Positions 62,160 through 64,000 of a stretch of DNA of 64,000 nt are shown here, piece after piece. This DNA comes from an uncultured Verrucomicrobiae bacterium (lineage in GTDB: Bacteria > Verrucomicrobiota > Verrucomicrobiia > Chthoniobacterales > JAATET01). Positions within the stretch are counted from its first letter, which is position 1, and each line of letters begins with the position of its first letter. The position numbers and the translations under genes were made by a program. Location: the NCBI GenBank assembly GCA_963719495.1, contig CAVRCI010000009.1, forward strand, positions 1-64,000, written 5' to 3'. The notes beneath the pieces are model-generated. The model had not been told where the DNA came from. It saw only the letters and a program-made list of their open reading frames with translations, and searched no databases.

Positions 62160-62930
62160 ATGACACCCAAAAATATCGTCTTGATCCACGCCATGTTTCA
62201 AAACTCGCTGAGCGGGATCGCATGGGTTCACTTTGTCGAGGCGCGCGGGTATTCCTGCACGGTCCCGGATTGGCCGCTTCACGCGGGTGAGCCGAAGGCG
62301 TTGCGCGCGAAGCCGTCGGAGGAACTCGGCGATTCGTCGCTCGACGAAATCCTCGTCGTCATGGACGCCGTCGTGCGAGCCCAGCCGGAGCCACCAATCC
62401 TCGTCGGGCATTCCGTCGACGGTCCGATCGTGCAAATCCTCGCCGCCCGCGGCATCGGGTCGATGGTGGTGTTGATCGATGGGGGCACCCCTTATGGAAT
62501 GATGACACTCGACTGGGAGTTCCTCAAAAACAGCGCACTCATCGGCAATTCGCTCAAGGGCAACGAGCCGTTCTTCACGGATTTCGACTTGTTCAAAGCG
62601 GGGTTCTGTAACGCGATGACGGAGGCGGAAGCGTAATCGGCGTTCGACCGAACGGCGACTCAAGACAGCCGGAACGTGCTGCACGACCGCATGGGCGACA
62701 GTGGCAAGGTCGACGTCGACAAGCCCGGCGTGCCGCTTCTCCACTCGGCGGGAGCGAGGACGCAATCACTCCCGCGGCGTTGAGCAAGAAGGGGGGCGAA
62801 GCCCTATGCCGACGAGGATCGGGTGTCGGATTTCAATGAATTCGATGACCGGTGTCACTCCATCTGCGGTCAGCCGGACTGGGAGGAAGTCGCGACCTAC
62901 CTCGCGGATTGGATCGAGCGTCAAGGCACC
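62160..62930 (+). pseudogene. Degraded alpha/beta hydrolase
   Basis: IVLIH, GHSVDG (altered nucleophile elbow), in-frame TAA at 62634, later frameshift, tail H.ICGQPDWEEVA. Confidence 0.8.
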
Positions 62931-62989
62931 GGGCCGCTGCGACGGGCGCGCCGACCACCGGGCGTCCGAGGAGGGGCGGGGCGGGACTG

Positions 62990-64000
62990 CTAAAATTTCC
63001 AGAAGATCGGTATCAACCATGTCGCCATGCCCCAGAGCATGAGGTTGAGCGGGATGCCGACCTTCGGGAAGTCCGAGAATTTGTAGCCGCCCGCGCCGAA
63101 GACGTAGGTGTTCGTCTGGTAGCCGATCGGGGAGCAGAAGCTGGCGCTCGCGCCAAACATGACCGCCACGATGAACGGGCGGGCGTCGACGTCCATGCTG
63201 GCGGCGATGCCGATCACGATCGGCGTCATGAGGATGGCGACGGCGTTGTTCGTCACGAGCTCCGTCAGGATGGAGGCCATGAGATAGATCGCAGCGAGGA
63301 CCACCACGGGGCCGAAGCCCGACAGTCCGGTCGCGACGGTCTCGGCGATCAATTTCGCCCCGCCCGTCGTCTCCATCGCCTTGCCGAGGCCGAGCATTCC
63401 CACGATCAGGAAGAGAATCTTCCACTCGACCGAGGCGTAGGCCTCCCGCGGGTCGAGGCATCCGGCGAAGACAACGATCACCGCCGCCGCGAGTGCCGCC
63501 GAGACGATCGGGATGATTTCGAAGGCCGACAACGCCATCACCAGAATGATCGCGATGATCGCGATCGGGGCCTTCTTCCGGCGAAACGGCTTCTCGGTCG
63601 TCTCGTTCAGGCTCAGGAAATCGTCCTCCTCGCGCAGACGAGCAATGTTCTCGGTCGGTCCTTCGAAGATGACCGTGTCGCCGAAAGCCATCGGGATGTC
63701 CTGAAAATTCTCGAACAAGTTCTGCCCCCGCCGGTGCAACGCCGCCGCCGCCACGCCGTAACGGCGCCGCAACTTCATCGCGCGGATCGTCTGCCCGATG
63801 AACCGCGAGTCCGGCCCAATGATCGCCTCCACGAGCTGCAGCGACCGCGACGCCGTCCCGACCTCCGGCTCGTTGTCATCGTCGAACGCCAGCCCCTGCG
63901 TCTCCTGAATCGCCGCGATCCCGCGGGCGTGCGCCTTGAAGACGAGCACGTCCCCCGCCTCCACGACAAGCCGGTCGATCGCGACGTCCGACACCCGCCG
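62990..64000 (-). CDS. SLC13/TrkA-C-domain permease (5' end outside the window)
   Basis: TrkA-C-like segment, TELVTNNAVA, ASASFCSPIGYQTNTYV, GGYKFSDF. Confidence 0.9.
   Translation of the reverse strand, partial: RRVSDVAIDRLVVEAGDVLVFKAHARGIAAIQETQGLAFDDDNEPEVGTASRSLQLVEAIIGPDSRFIGQTIRAMKLRRRYGVAAAALHRRGQNLFENFQDIPMAFGDTVIFEGPTENIARLREEDDFLSLNETTEKPFRRKKAPIAIIAIILVMALSAFEIIPIVSAALAAAVIVVFAGCLDPREAYASVEWKILFLIVGMLGLGKAMETTGGAKLIAETVATGLSGFGPVVVLAAIYLMASILTELVTNNAVAILMTPIVIGIAASMDVDARPFIVAVMFGASASFCSPIGYQTNTYVFGAGGYKFSDFPKVGIPLNLMLWGMATWLIPIFWKF

Overview
High-GC bacterial chromosome segment, probably from a Verrucomicrobia (PVC) member. This is inferred from a PEP-CTERM protein, the RpoZ and lipoprotein types and the insert-bearing prepilin peptidase, not from a search. 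There are four parts. (1) 0.3-6.8 kb: a complete mycosporine-like amino acid (MAA, UV-sunscreen) gene cluster in unusual order: mysB-mysC-mysD, a HAD-fold protein without the catalytic Asp, a TauD-family dioxygenase, and an N-terminally extended mysA. (2) 6.9-41 kb: housekeeping and envelope genes (hflX, bioF, pdxJ, purH, MsbA-like ABC transporter, prepilin peptidase, gmhA, STAS-RsbU-grpE-dnaJ, recN, AAA ATPase plus PspA, hrpB, giant TPR protein, LysM, SMR). This part has strong C-over-G skew on the + strand and several families of short palindromic repeats, one inserted in frame in two genes. (3) 40.4-53.2 kb: rplK-rplA-rplJ-rplL-rpoB-rpoC-rpsB-tsf-rpoZ-smpB on the minus strand, without adjacent nusG/secE or rpsL. 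(4) 53.3-64 kb: a decaying accessory region with an HUH (RAYT-like) transposase between tandem GGGGTCA arrays that abut two truncated genes, a related MITE, rhaA, an AraC regulator, a PEP-CTERM protein, transporters and pseudogenes. No rRNA, tRNA or CRISPR array was recognised. All calls come from motif recognition by eye; no searches were run.
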